From a virus (taxonomy: Duplodnaviria; Caudoviricetes): a stretch of DNA of 64,000 nucleotides. Within the stretch, counting starts at the first letter, position 1. Each line of letters starts with the position of its first letter. Positions 26,616-36,846 of the stretch are shown in pieces. The notes beneath the pieces were generated by a model, which was not told the origin of the DNA, made no database searches, and was given only the letters and a program-made list of their open reading frames with translations. The stretch lies in IMG/VR virus record IMGVR_UViG_3300029955_000001, one strand, 5' to 3'. The position numbers and the translations under genes were made by a program.

Positions 26616-27038
26616 TCAATAGCGTTCCATGCGACTATCTAATCCGAATATTTTAATATTGTACGTGTGTCGTTCGTGGTTAAAGATACGATGGACATGA
26701 ATCATGAAGTATCCGATGGTGGGGTGTAGGTCTATAGATAGCCCAGATAGCTCGCTAGGCTCGATATGTTGTATATGGAGTAGACGTGCTAGGTCTGGTG
26801 CTAAGGCGGCATAGGCAGGCTCTAATACCGCTCTTAAGTCAGATGGTGTAGGTGGTGTTGAAGAAGAACTTGTATAAATTAACAATAATGTCAAATCAGA
26901 TATATATTTTAAAATGATTTTACAAAGTTCTGGTGCAACTGTGACCCTAAATGACTTAGCTCGATGAATTTTTAGTTTAGTGTATTCCATCATTTTTCCT
27001 ATATTAATCAAAAAAGTTTGTTTCACCTGAGAAGGCAA
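26616..27038 (-). CDS. hypothetical protein
   Basis: 140-aa ORF. Confidence 0.5.
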   Translation of the reverse strand: MPSQVKQTFLINIGKMMEYTKLKIHRAKSFRVTVAPELCKIILKYISDLTLLLIYTSSSSTPPTPSDLRAVLEPAYAALAPDLARLLHIQHIEPSELSGLSIDLHPTIGYFMIHVHRIFNHERHTYNIKIFGLDSRMERY

Positions 27039-27276
27039 TCATTTCATCTTTAGTAATTTTGAATTCATCAAAGTCATAGATAGTAGCAGGGTTACATAAG
27101 TCAGGATGTTTAGCGTTGATTAAGGCAGCAGCTTCTTCTAGTGAGTTGGCAAATAATAGAACGCCTCCTTCAAAGCCAGCATCGTACCTGTATGCTTTTA
27201 ATTCAGCCGCTTCTAATTCAGATCTTAAGATTGCGTCTGTGTCTGGATGGTCACCTGCTTTATTTGGAAACGTCAT
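27004..27276 (-). CDS. hypothetical protein
   Basis: 90-aa ORF with AGGAG RBS. Confidence 0.6.
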   Translation of the reverse strand: MTFPNKAGDHPDTDAILRSELEAAELKAYRYDAGFEGGVLLFANSLEEAAALINAKHPDLCNPATIYDFDEFKITKDEMIAFSGETNFFD

Positions 27277-27329
27277 TTTACTTCTCCTTTTTCATTTTAT
27301 CGCAAACAAATAATGTTCACTTACCTTTA

Positions 27330-27590
27330 TTATTTTAACCAAGTTAAATTCATTGGAAGACAGGATATGTTCTCTCGACTTGTAATATAGCATACGACTC
27401 CAGCCTGATGATCTATGAGCCGTACTATTTCACCATTTGCTTGTCTTACCGTAATAATAAGACGTGCGCTATCAGTGGCTTCAGCACGTTCAGTATCAGG
27501 AGATGGAGATTTATTTGTATCTTGACTATTAGATGATTGAGTACATCCTAGTAAAAATACACAGATAATTATTAGTTTTATAAATTTCAT
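27330..27590 (-). CDS. putative lipoprotein
   Basis: signal peptide with LLGC lipobox. Confidence 0.65.
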   Translation of the reverse strand: MKFIKLIIICVFLLGCTQSSNSQDTNKSPSPDTERAEATDSARLIITVRQANGEIVRLIDHQAGVVCYITSRENISCLPMNLTWLK

Positions 27591-27602
27591 TTTACTTTTC
27601 CT

Positions 27603-28574
27603 TTATATTGCGATTTGCACATTACTAGGCACAGTAACCAACCCGTTACATGGGACATAGATATTATTGCGGTTAGCTTCCCATTCATCTGGTGTGCATT
27701 GTCGTGGGTTATATTCGTGCGACGGTGCCTGTATTTCATTTACTCGTAACTTCTTTTCCAAATACGGATTAGCTAATGCAAGATTCTTCCTTAATTCAAT
27801 ATCGCTCGTAAGTAAATTGAAATTAGCTTTACTCAGTATCATTTCTTCGTCACCTGTTTTAACGAATAACGCTAACGCAAAGACTTGGTCCAAAAGTGGG
27901 GTATCCTCTAGATAAACACAAAGATTAGCCACATGTATATCTGTCTTTGTATACAGTTCCAGTTTATAAGGTGTGCTAAAACCAGTACTTTCTGTAGCTC
28001 GTAAAAGATTACCGTTATATTTAGTTAAGACGAACTTAAACAATGAATCTGGATGACTCACTTCAATCTCATTGCCACCTAGGAATATTTTAATATCGTC
28101 TTCCATTCCAAAGTTAGAAATCAACTTCATCGCTCTCTTTATGGAGCTTCGTATAGATTTCTTAATGAGAGGGCCTCGTTTTACTTTAGGAGGAACCCAC
28201 TCAGGTGTGACAATATAACACGATACATTTGTATTTATTACAGTTTGACGCAAACCATTTGTGTTAAATATTAAACCGTATCGTTCAGAACCAGGGCAAT
28301 TTATATAAAGCGTAGGCATAGAACCAGTAAGATTTAAACTAGTTCCGCTATACAACATTCCAGTTGATGCAATAGCGGTAGATGTAAACGCAACCACATT
28401 ACTCTGAGTTTGCAAATTGGTATTCGCAAAAGTACTATAGTCAGAATACTGAATCACCTGAATGTTTTGGTCATTCGATAACACGGTGATCCAGCCTGTA
28501 TCAGCAGGAAGAATATTTTCACCTGGTACAGAAACATCAACGTTATTGTTGTGTAAAACTAAACCAGTAGTCAT
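27603..28574 (-). CDS. hypothetical phage protein
   Basis: 323-aa ORF with AAGGAG RBS. Confidence 0.75.
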   Translation of the reverse strand: MTTGLVLHNNNVDVSVPGENILPADTGWITVLSNDQNIQVIQYSDYSTFANTNLQTQSNVVAFTSTAIASTGMLYSGTSLNLTGSMPTLYINCPGSERYGLIFNTNGLRQTVINTNVSCYIVTPEWVPPKVKRGPLIKKSIRSSIKRAMKLISNFGMEDDIKIFLGGNEIEVSHPDSLFKFVLTKYNGNLLRATESTGFSTPYKLELYTKTDIHVANLCVYLEDTPLLDQVFALALFVKTGDEEMILSKANFNLLTSDIELRKNLALANPYLEKKLRVNEIQAPSHEYNPRQCTPDEWEANRNNIYVPCNGLVTVPSNVQIAI

Positions 28575-28589
28575 ATCGCTCTCCTTTTA

Positions 28590-29144
28590 TTAACCACCGT
28601 GTATGCGACGAACACCTAATGAGTGGTTATCGACTACTTCTTCGGCGGTCTTTGCTGTTCTGCTAGATTCGAAACTTCGTTTCTCTTTATGCTTTCTTAC
28701 GTCGACAACTTTATCACGCGCAAGAGTAGCAATGTCAATATCGTCCATGTCTGTACATATTTTCTCGAACTGCTCGTCTTTGATGATAATCTCTTTAGCA
28801 GATTCAATATTCTTTTCAGTTAACTTTACTCTACGAGAAAAACTAGCTGAACCTAATGACATTTTCTTCATAATAAAGAAAGTATAACCATCTGCCATCT
28901 TCTTACGAATAAGAGCAAGAACTTTTTCACGATTGCGTTCATGCCATGCAATTGTGATATCCCCCAGTTTACAGAGCATTGTGAGTGATCCTAGATATTC
29001 TTCTTCCTCTCCTTCTAATTTAGTCATTGGATATAGTGCAGTTGTAACCGCGCACCATTCTTCACCTGTCTTTTCTAGTATGTCGGTATATACAGGACTA
29101 ATTGTGTTTTTCATAATGTTTTCCTTTTTGTTCAGTAAAACCAA
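28590..29144 (-). CDS. hypothetical phage protein
   Basis: 184-aa ORF; likely start MKNTISP. Confidence 0.7.
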   Translation of the reverse strand: MVLLNKKENIMKNTISPVYTDILEKTGEEWCAVTTALYPMTKLEGEEEEYLGSLTMLCKLGDITIAWHERNREKVLALIRKKMADGYTFFIMKKMSLGSASFSRRVKLTEKNIESAKEIIIKDEQFEKICTDMDDIDIATLARDKVVDVRKHKEKRSFESSRTAKTAEEVVDNHSLGVRRIHGG

Positions 29145-29358
29145 AACGAGACATTTCAGCTTTTGTTACTGTGGCAGTCTCAATACTCACTACGTTGTTC
29201 GTGCCAACATTACCTTTAAAGAACCCGCGACAACGAACACATTGTAGTGAGCCGAATTCTCTATAGCCAATATTAAATAATTGACTGACAGTATGTCCAG
29301 ATTCACCTGAGCAATCTGGACATTTTACATAGGTTTTTGTATAGAGTTCAGCAAGCAT
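29098..29358 (-). CDS. Zn-ribbon protein
   Basis: CPDC ... CVRC. Confidence 0.55.
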   Translation of the reverse strand: MLAELYTKTYVKCPDCSGESGHTVSQLFNIGYREFGSLQCVRCRGFFKGNVGTNNVVSIETATVTKAEMSRFGFTEQKGKHYEKHN

Positions 29359-29371
29359 TTCATTTCCTTTA

Positions 29372-29800
29372 TTACAACCAACGAATAGCTGAATAGTTGA
29401 TGATTAAGTGAATGATATTGTCGCAGATAATTAACAACCATACAGCTAACCAATCAGGGGTACAGTTCGGATATCCTGTCTTAGAACAATCTTTCCATTT
29501 AAGTGTTGGCTCGTTAATCCAGTTCTTTGCAAATACAAGATATTTAGCTAAACTATAATGGTCAATAATTGCGTGTGAAATACAAATGACAATAATTGCA
29601 TTGCGTGATATACCAAGAAACATAAAAGGGATTGCGTAAACAATAGCGTGAAAATAAGCAGCAAACACGCCTCTAATAGAGCCTTCTACTTTCTTATTTG
29701 CCATCCAACTGGTTTGTGTTATGTAATCGCCAATCAGATGCAATAATAGTTGTTCATACATTATGTTTCCTTTACTTAATACGTGTAACGAGTTCAGCAT
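29372..29800 (-). CDS. DUF3307-like membrane protein
   Basis: HLIGDYITQT, HAIVY, HAIIDH, DNIIH His pattern. Confidence 0.75.
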   Translation of the reverse strand: MLNSLHVLSKGNIMYEQLLLHLIGDYITQTSWMANKKVEGSIRGVFAAYFHAIVYAIPFMFLGISRNAIIVICISHAIIDHYSLAKYLVFAKNWINEPTLKWKDCSKTGYPNCTPDWLAVWLLIICDNIIHLIINYSAIRWL

Positions 29801-30083
29801 CGAATAAATAAGCTAGCCATGTAGTCAACGCTGTAACGTAATCGTGTTGGTTACTACCGTTATGGCTAATATGAAATACTAGAGGGCTACATTCATCAAA
29901 TGTTAACCACCAGCTACTATCTCTGGTAAGTATATAAGTGTTACCGTCGCCTACATCAAGTTCGAGTTTAGGTAAACCCTCAATAACGCCAACATTGATA
30001 GTGCGCGAAACAGTCTGTGCGATTATCAGTCTATCTATAGCACCAATAGCATCTGTTATTCTAATGCAAACTAAAGATGACAT
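29772..30083 (-). CDS. hypothetical protein
   Basis: 103-aa ORF with AGGAG RBS. Confidence 0.6.
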   Translation of the reverse strand: MSSLVCIRITDAIGAIDRLIIAQTVSRTINVGVIEGLPKLELDVGDGNTYILTRDSSWWLTFDECSPLVFHISHNGSNQHDYVTALTTWLAYLFDAELVTRIK

Positions 30084-30098
30084 TTTTATTCTCCTGAG

Positions 30099-30797
30099 TT
30101 AACTGCATGTAGTTTCTTTATCTTCTACAAGAAGTAATTGTTTCAAATTTTTCAGTGGTCGTTTTATCTGAGCTTTAGCGTTATAGAGAATAAGACATGC
30201 CGGACACGCACCACACGGTTTAGTAATGTTGTTATCTTTCACTGGTAATTCACACACCCATGTTTTCAAAAGAAGATTTTTCGGTAAAGCTCTTAGAACA
30301 TCAGTTTTCCTAAAACCCTTTTCAATTAATGGGAAACGTAAAGGAATTACAGGTTTATTACCATTAACCAATTTCCATATTTGTTTCCAAAGCTTTTTAA
30401 TTGTATCGAGTTTTATCGTAATGTCATCTCCAAGAATATACCCAATCTGCACTTCTGATACACGGTATGGATCAGCTATGTATACCGCTCCGATGATCCA
30501 CGGTAAAGTTTGTCTGAACTCCATGAAACTACCATAAGTTCCATTGAGTTCACGTAACTCTTTTATACCGTGATCGGTTAGTACTAAATGTTCCCCTTGT
30601 TTTAACAATATCTTAAATATCTCAGAACGTGCTTTTAATTCCATCTGAACTTTTTCTTCATGCTGACAACAATCTACATAGAGCGTATATACATCTGACT
30701 TTTGTAAAGCATTCATCAACATAAGAGTGGAATCATTTCCGCCAGAGAATAACAATAGCGGTAGTTTTCCATCAGAGGATATTTTATTCTTTTTCAC
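30099..30797 (-). CDS. QueC-like PP-loop ATPase
   Basis: LLFSGGNDST PP-loop and C-terminal C-x9-CGACPAC zinc site. Confidence 0.8.
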   Translation of the reverse strand: MKKNKISSDGKLPLLLFSGGNDSTLMLMNALQKSDVYTLYVDCCQHEEKVQMELKARSEIFKILLKQGEHLVLTDHGIKELRELNGTYGSFMEFRQTLPWIIGAVYIADPYRVSEVQIGYILGDDITIKLDTIKKLWKQIWKLVNGNKPVIPLRFPLIEKGFRKTDVLRALPKNLLLKTWVCELPVKDNNITKPCGACPACLILYNAKAQIKRPLKNLKQLLLVEDKETTCS

Positions 30798-31095
30798 TGA
30801 AACTCCTTATTTTCAATTGGTATTTTATACCATGATTTTCAATTTTGCGGCATAAGCGCCACGTTAAATTAAGATCTATTACGTTTCTTAGAACGTCTAG
30901 CAATCTTTGCTAAACTCTTACGAGTTTCTTGCGAACGATGTGTTTTGTTATTGCCGTAGCGAATACGTCTATCACTATCGCTTTAACAACCTGTATCTTG
31001 ACACGGTTCTGCCTCGCGACGCGTGTCTTCATCAACCATTTCTTGAGTCATGACAGGCACCTCTCGTATTAAAGGAATCGTAGTTTGGTTTTCCA

Positions 31096-31481
31096 TTATA
31101 CATTATCCGTATTCTTTACTTCGCGAACAATACGATCTTCTGTACGTTGTTTAAGCCAACTTAAAGCATCTTCTATACACGACATTGCTTTCATGTTTTC
31201 CGTACAATTAAATGGACCAGTTTGAAAACCATATAGACGATAGTAAACAACAGCTAATAGACTTTCTAACGTTACGCCGGTATACCCACAATCTAATGGG
31301 TTACCATTTTGAAACGAAATGCTTAATAGCTGTTCCGTTGCGTTTATGCCGTTGACACAATTATCTAGTACTATGCTATAAACATTATTTGCATTTGTTT
31401 TACTTTTTCGTCACAAGCATAAACTCTTAAGTTTGTGGTTTCGCCTTCTGCTATATGAATATCAATTTCTCGTAACGGCAT
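31096..31481 (-). CDS. tad1: Tad1-like anti-defence sponge protein (one-base frameshift, probably assembly error)
   Basis: adding one A to the A5 run near 31404-31408 gives a 128-aa ORF ending SISFQNG...GVTLESLLAVVYYRLYGFQTGPFNCTENMKAMSCIEDALSWLKQRTEDRIVREV, matching the recalled Tad1 pattern DRLxxFQxGPF...EN..A...EEALxW...RxEDRIxR. Confidence 0.75.
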
Positions 31482-31510
31482 GATTTTATCCTTAGTAAAT
31501 TAAAATGAGA

Positions 31511-31589
31511 TGGCCTGTCAGGAGGGACTCGAACCCCCATTGATCCGCTTACTCGGCTGCAGTTTAGAAGACTGTTGAGATACTGACAG
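31511..31589 (-). tRNA. D-armless tRNA-like gene, UCU anticodon, long variable arm
   Basis: CTGTCAG/CTGACAG acceptor, G73-CCA, only 7 nt before CAGT-CTTCTAA-ACTG, ~20-nt variable region, GGGGG-TTCGAGT-CCCTC. Confidence 0.7.
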
Positions 31590-31597
31590 GTTGAAAC

Positions 31598-31849
31598 TTA
31601 AACTTGTGCTTCTAACAATTGGCTAGATGCCGCGTCAATTGTGGACTGAGTTGTATCAGCTAGAACAACATATGGGACTACGCCATTAATACGCGCAATG
31701 GCTATGTTTGCATCAGCTTGGGTTGCGTAATTAATAACAAATACATCTGAACTAACCCCAATCTCGTACAGTGTCATATTTTCTTTTGAATTGAGATAAA
31801 CCATATTCCAATTCAACGAATTCATCAAAAACAGTAAATAGACATTCAT
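31598..31849 (-). CDS. hypothetical protein
   Basis: 83-aa ORF; real start may be the downstream MTLYEIG. Confidence 0.5.
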   Translation of the reverse strand: MNVYLLFLMNSLNWNMVYLNSKENMTLYEIGVSSDVFVINYATQADANIAIARINGVVPYVVLADTTQSTIDAASSQLLEAQV

Positions 31850-32031
31850 GGCAAAGCCCTTCTCGTAACAGTGATATATTAGTGAAAAATTTTAAGATAG
31901 ACAATATGTCTCTGTACTATAGAGCCGTCTTGTTTATTTTAACTGAGCAAATAAAAAAAAATTAGATTTCTTTATCTATAAAATTAAAGCATACAGTACT
32001 GCGTGATTTATCACGCAGTACTGAGTTATAT

Positions 32032-32754
32032 TTAACTATTATTACGTAACTCGTATTCCAAATAGAAACGCGACCAGTCTTCTAATTTACCAACATCACT
32101 AGAAATTTCATGCAGTATATCATCTGCGGTCATGAATCCTAACAACAGTAATTCATCTTCGTTACTTAAAACTTCAAGATCTTCAGGGACAGTGACTGAC
32201 ATTACTACACCAACATGAACAGCATGAACTTCGTGATTAAGAAGAATAATTAAGTCTTCTGATTGGATTGGAATTTGTCCCAGTGCAAAAGATGCCGTGG
32301 CTGTATCACTTCTTAATTCTTCATCACGTTCACGGAAAGCAGCGTCATGAATAGTTTGAGCCAAATTAATTACAGAATCGCTATTATGAACGATATCCAT
32401 TAAGTCGATATGTCCGCCAAATCCAATACTTATCTTTTCAGCTAATTTCTTTTCACCTACCCCTTTACCACGTTTATATGCAAGATATCGAACAACACCA
32501 TCTTTACCTAATTGTTTAATAATTAGATACGGAATAATTTGCCGATATGATTTATCTTCTTCTAACACAGAACGCTGCTTAATTGCAAGATGGCTGATTA
32601 CTTCTTCGATGAATTTACTTAGTGAAAACTTTGTAACACCCACACGAAAATCTGTTGCGAAGTGTCTTACGCCCTGATCGTTATGATTTTCGAAATACTT
32701 AGTCTCGGCAGCGAGTATAAACTGAGAGTGTTTCTTTGGAGCTAATGCGCTCAT
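32032..32754 (-). CDS. NUDIX-family hydrolase-like protein
   Basis: YRQIIPY ... SIGFGGHID ... AAFRERDEEL Nudix-box-like pattern. Confidence 0.75.
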   Translation of the reverse strand: MSALAPKKHSQFILAAETKYFENHNDQGVRHFATDFRVGVTKFSLSKFIEEVISHLAIKQRSVLEEDKSYRQIIPYLIIKQLGKDGVVRYLAYKRGKGVGEKKLAEKISIGFGGHIDLMDIVHNSDSVINLAQTIHDAAFRERDEELRSDTATASFALGQIPIQSEDLIILLNHEVHAVHVGVVMSVTVPEDLEVLSNEDELLLLGFMTADDILHEISSDVGKLEDWSRFYLEYELRNNS

Positions 32755-32813
32755 TTTCTGTTCCTATATTTAAAAATGTAAATCTAAGCTTTGTTTGCTT
32801 TTCTATGAGCATA

Positions 32814-33770
32814 TCACTTTTTCATACTGACGCCATTTCGATGTGCATATTCGTATAGAAATAGATCAGTGCGAAGTTCATCAATAGTAAGTGGAACGTA
32901 ATGCGACGTATCAGTTTCATCTCTACGACCTACTAGTTTATTTGGGTCAGATGATTTGTAGAAGTATGATGCTAGTTTTTCTTTATGATCAGGAAGAACA
33001 TTTACAGCCAGTTCATCTCTTTTAGCTGATAGAAATGTACGAACGTCGTCTTGTGATCCAAATAGGTCTTCTAAGAATGCTAAAACAATTTCAGTCGGGA
33101 CATTGATCTTAGCCATTTCTTCGTGAAGAAGTTGTTTGCCTTTTTGAACTGCTGCTGGAATACTTTCTTTCCAACTAACAGTAGTTGTAAGATAATGCAA
33201 TCCTCTTGCGTATTCTATTGTTATGGCATATACGTCATCTGCGAATTGTGAAAACGTAGCATTTGTTTCTACATGATAAGTTTGTTCGTGTAATCTCTGA
33301 GATAGTTTGCATAATTGAGAAAAGTCGTTATGTTCTTCTGTTTTTAAGAAATGTTCAAGTAAACAAACAGTGCTCAGTACATCAGGGATAAAGTTAATAA
33401 TCTCTTTACCTTTAATCAACTGTCCTTCGATAGTAATGAGACCATAAATAGCACCACATCCCATAATGTCAAATGCGTGCCCTGGTGTTCCGTCTACCCA
33501 TTGATCGGCATCTAATGGATTCATCTTTTCCAGAGGACCACCTTGACGAAAATATCTAGTAGTAACAACAAATTCACCAGCGCGTCTATCACAAGGTACT
33601 GTATGATCCCAAGGTTCTACCTTTTCAGCATCGTAGAACGCACGTGCTTCTTCTAAAGTATAGAAAGGCCCGAACTGTTTACGGTTAACAGGTGGGAAAA
33701 AATCTTTCTGAGGTTGTAGAAAAATTAAGGCGCCATAGATAGCAGTGCCTGAGATTTGGTAGCGAGTCAT
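32814..33770 (-). CDS. hypothetical protein
   Basis: 318-aa ORF with AAGGA RBS. Confidence 0.75.
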   Translation of the reverse strand: MTRYQISGTAIYGALIFLQPQKDFFPPVNRKQFGPFYTLEEARAFYDAEKVEPWDHTVPCDRRAGEFVVTTRYFRQGGPLEKMNPLDADQWVDGTPGHAFDIMGCGAIYGLITIEGQLIKGKEIINFIPDVLSTVCLLEHFLKTEEHNDFSQLCKLSQRLHEQTYHVETNATFSQFADDVYAITIEYARGLHYLTTTVSWKESIPAAVQKGKQLLHEEMAKINVPTEIVLAFLEDLFGSQDDVRTFLSAKRDELAVNVLPDHKEKLASYFYKSSDPNKLVGRRDETDTSHYVPLTIDELRTDLFLYEYAHRNGVSMKK

Positions 33771-33914
33771 TATTTATCCTTTGTTTGGCTGTTAATAAAA
33801 TATTCGTTCATCTTACGTAAGTTTTCAAAATACTGAAAATAAGCACTTGTCCATACGTTCATGATTTCGCGGGCAAGAATATAAGTTGGAAATGATATAA
33901 ACATTTTTATTCCT

Positions 33915-34223
33915 TTATTTGAAACTGGTTATTTCGGTATCTCTCCATTCGGAATTACCGGCTGCATCCTCAAACTTCTGTTGCATACGCTTACGTTTAA
34001 CACCAGATATCAACGCTTTAATGAAACCAATTTTTAGTATCCTGAATTCTAAAGTAGGCTTCATTAAACGTTTATTTTCTTTTTCTTTTACGTTTTGCAT
34101 AATTGTATCAAAACGAGCGCGGTCAAAGCGTTTACCAAGTTCGTATGTAATTTGTCCAGCAATCTCTGGTGTGACATACTCTTCGAAATACTGCCGCGTG
34201 TTACATACTTTAGCATTATCCAT
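33915..34223 (-). CDS. hypothetical protein
   Basis: 102-aa ORF with AGGTG RBS. Confidence 0.65.
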   Translation of the reverse strand: MDNAKVCNTRQYFEEYVTPEIAGQITYELGKRFDRARFDTIMQNVKEKENKRLMKPTLEFRILKIGFIKALISGVKRKRMQQKFEDAAGNSEWRDTEITSFK

Positions 34224-34288
34224 TTATATCACCTTCATTAAAAGTATTTCTATTAGTACAAGTATATTTAGAAGTTATTCGTGGTATT

Positions 34289-35431
34289 TCAGTTAATACA
34301 AACAGCTTCTTTTTCTGTTTTTATTTCATTCCACAGTGCAGAAAGTGCTTGACTTGTTGTTTGAATAACGAAAATCTGAGATTCTCGTCTTACAGCAGAA
34401 GGTTCTACGCGTGTCATTAAGTTATTAATTTTAGTAACAAACGTTGTCTCACGAGAAGGATAACTACCTTTTGTATTAGTGAACGTTAACTCGTACATTG
34501 TGCCGAACCGTAATTGAATAAAAGAACAATCTCCTTGGTTAGCATATCTTGCAACAGCATGCACGGAATCATCCTTTATTACTTTACCCGCTACTACAGA
34601 ACATGACTTCGGCAACACTGCTTCGTTATTGAAAATTTCAAAACTTAGTTCTGTTAATTTATTTAGTTCTTTTTCAAAAACAAATTCATCATTTACGGGT
34701 TCTGCTTCGTCATACGCTATTTTAAATTCTTTTTCAAATTCCTCTTTTAACCCCACAAACGTATAAGTTCCATCTGATTGTACCCATGATTTTTCTAATG
34801 GATGGTAGTACCATAAATTAGGATTAGCGTTAGGAACTACAATAAAAATCGCTTCTAGCGTAATTAAAGCAGACAGTGGTAGCTTAGCTCTTAGAACAAT
34901 AGTAACGTCTTCCGTACTACCACTATCACCATATAAGCCTGTTGCGATTTCTCCAATTACATTGTGCGAAGCAGGAACACCGTTAACTACTAACGGAGGT
35001 TTGACGTTTTTAAACACACTGCGTTTAACAGAGGCCATTATGCTGCCTAAAAGTAAACTTAACTCATTATTAAGCACTACGTCGTTAGTTGGATGAAAAT
35101 TAAATAATTCAATTGCTTCCTTTAATCGCGGGGATGGTTCTGGTCCGAATACTTCAGAATAGTTTAAATATTCTTTAAGTTTAGAAGCGAACGAACCATC
35201 CCCTTCAAATACGCATTTTACATTAGCTTTATCTGATCGAAACTCATTAATGGCACTTTCAAATCGTGTATTTGTTTCAATGAACATCTGCTTGTCATTA
35301 GGAAACAGTAAACCAAGATTTTGCATTAATTGACCAAAGATAGTTACAACGATATTGATTTCTTTCTCTGGCCGTGAGTCTACACGCAACTTATCAAGTA
35401 GTTCTAATAATTCCATTTCGCATTCTTTCAT
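34289..35431 (-). CDS. hypothetical protein
   Basis: 380-aa ORF. Confidence 0.75.
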   Translation of the reverse strand: MKECEMELLELLDKLRVDSRPEKEINIVVTIFGQLMQNLGLLFPNDKQMFIETNTRFESAINEFRSDKANVKCVFEGDGSFASKLKEYLNYSEVFGPEPSPRLKEAIELFNFHPTNDVVLNNELSLLLGSIMASVKRSVFKNVKPPLVVNGVPASHNVIGEIATGLYGDSGSTEDVTIVLRAKLPLSALITLEAIFIVVPNANPNLWYYHPLEKSWVQSDGTYTFVGLKEEFEKEFKIAYDEAEPVNDEFVFEKELNKLTELSFEIFNNEAVLPKSCSVVAGKVIKDDSVHAVARYANQGDCSFIQLRFGTMYELTFTNTKGSYPSRETTFVTKINNLMTRVEPSAVRRESQIFVIQTTSQALSALWNEIKTEKEAVCIN

Positions 35432-35433
35432 CT

Positions 35434-36123
35434 TTACATTTCCAAGGAATCATCTTTTAACAAAAACTTAGGAATGCCAGTTAGTACAAAATCACTAGTA
35501 GCTTGGGTTCCTTCTGGCAATATTGATTCTACCCATACATCTTCAGAATATAATTCTGGTATACTGGTATTGCCTGTCTTTTTAATAATTTGATTTGCGT
35601 ATGCTGCAATTTCGAATGCTTCGACCCGGTCAACATAACGAAACTTACTAGTTAAGAAACCTTGATCATCTGTATACTTACAAGATTTTCCATTTACTCC
35701 AAGTTCACCCATTCCCCAAATAACATGATGATGTCTTCCTGGTCTAGGTACTTGAAATATAAGGCCAGACGGATGTCGAATAGCAGAAGCTAAAATTGTT
35801 TCAAAACTATTAGAATCCTCACAAACGGATTTGTGATATAACGTAGACCACGCGCGCTGTGTACCATACAGCAACATGTATTTTACAGATTGTACATTAA
35901 TTGGTTTACTTTCTATTTTTCTGTAAAATACTTCTACCAGTAATTTATTTACGTTAACCCTTAAAAATAATTTAATATATATTAACACTGGTAATATAGC
36001 AAAACATCCTATAACAGGATGACTTGTATGAAGTGTATAATTGACGATTAAAAATAAACTAATCAAATAAAACACATACAAGACGAAATTCGTTTTTCCA
36101 ATAAACCACAATGTCCATTTCAT
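35434..36123 (-). CDS. membrane-anchored phage protein
   Basis: two N-terminal TM segments; C-terminal RPGRHHH...QGFLTS...YVDRVEA domain common in phages. Confidence 0.7.
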   Translation of the reverse strand: MKWTLWFIGKTNFVLYVFYLISLFLIVNYTLHTSHPVIGCFAILPVLIYIKLFLRVNVNKLLVEVFYRKIESKPINVQSVKYMLLYGTQRAWSTLYHKSVCEDSNSFETILASAIRHPSGLIFQVPRPGRHHHVIWGMGELGVNGKSCKYTDDQGFLTSKFRYVDRVEAFEIAAYANQIIKKTGNTSIPELYSEDVWVESILPEGTQATSDFVLTGIPKFLLKDDSLEM

Positions 36124-36471
36124 TTTATTCTCCTAATATCTTTTAAAACCGTTATCAAGTAAATTCGAAAGAAGAAGCACTTTACGTTTACACAATAATC
36201 CGTAAGTCTTTCTTGATTCTTGTTCTGATTTTTGGATTAAGTTATAAACTTCATTACGATTGGGGCAAATGAAAACGCCCCATTCATTAAAGATAAAACC
36301 ATATGACAATCTGATTATACGAGTGTCTATTTTTCTTCATCGAATAAATGGAAAGCGTTGCTCCATTCACGACCATCAACTTCTCGATAGATACTTGCTA
36401 TTTCATTATTGTTTTTATGTATTCGATTTGAAAATAAATCAAGAACACTTTGTGACATTTTATTCTCCATT

Positions 36472-36846
36472 TTAATTTGGATTGAGTAGATATTCTCTTA
36501 TTTTTTTCTTTGCTATTTCAACATCAGCTTTATATCCAATGCCTTGACAATGTGAAGATATTTCATTATGTAATTCTTCTATTAAAGCCATTGTCTTATC
36601 AGCTTGTTCAATAGTCAAACCTTTAGCTGGATATTTTGGATCAACTACCTTCACTGGTAAAATATCATACTTAAAACCATTCCAATGATACTCGAGTTTA
36701 GTATGACTGGAATAATACGTTACTCCAGCAGTACCTATTTTTGGAAAATGTGATTCATTTTCATATTCTCGTTTAAGAGGTAAAGACAGATATACTTCTT
36801 TTTTATTATAAGCAGGATAAGTAACAGTCATTATGTCAATATTCAT
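36472..36846 (-). CDS. hypothetical protein
   Basis: 124-aa ORF, stop/start overlap. Confidence 0.65.
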   Translation of the reverse strand: MNIDIMTVTYPAYNKKEVYLSLPLKREYENESHFPKIGTAGVTYYSSHTKLEYHWNGFKYDILPVKVVDPKYPAKGLTIEQADKTMALIEELHNEISSHCQGIGYKADVEIAKKKIREYLLNPN

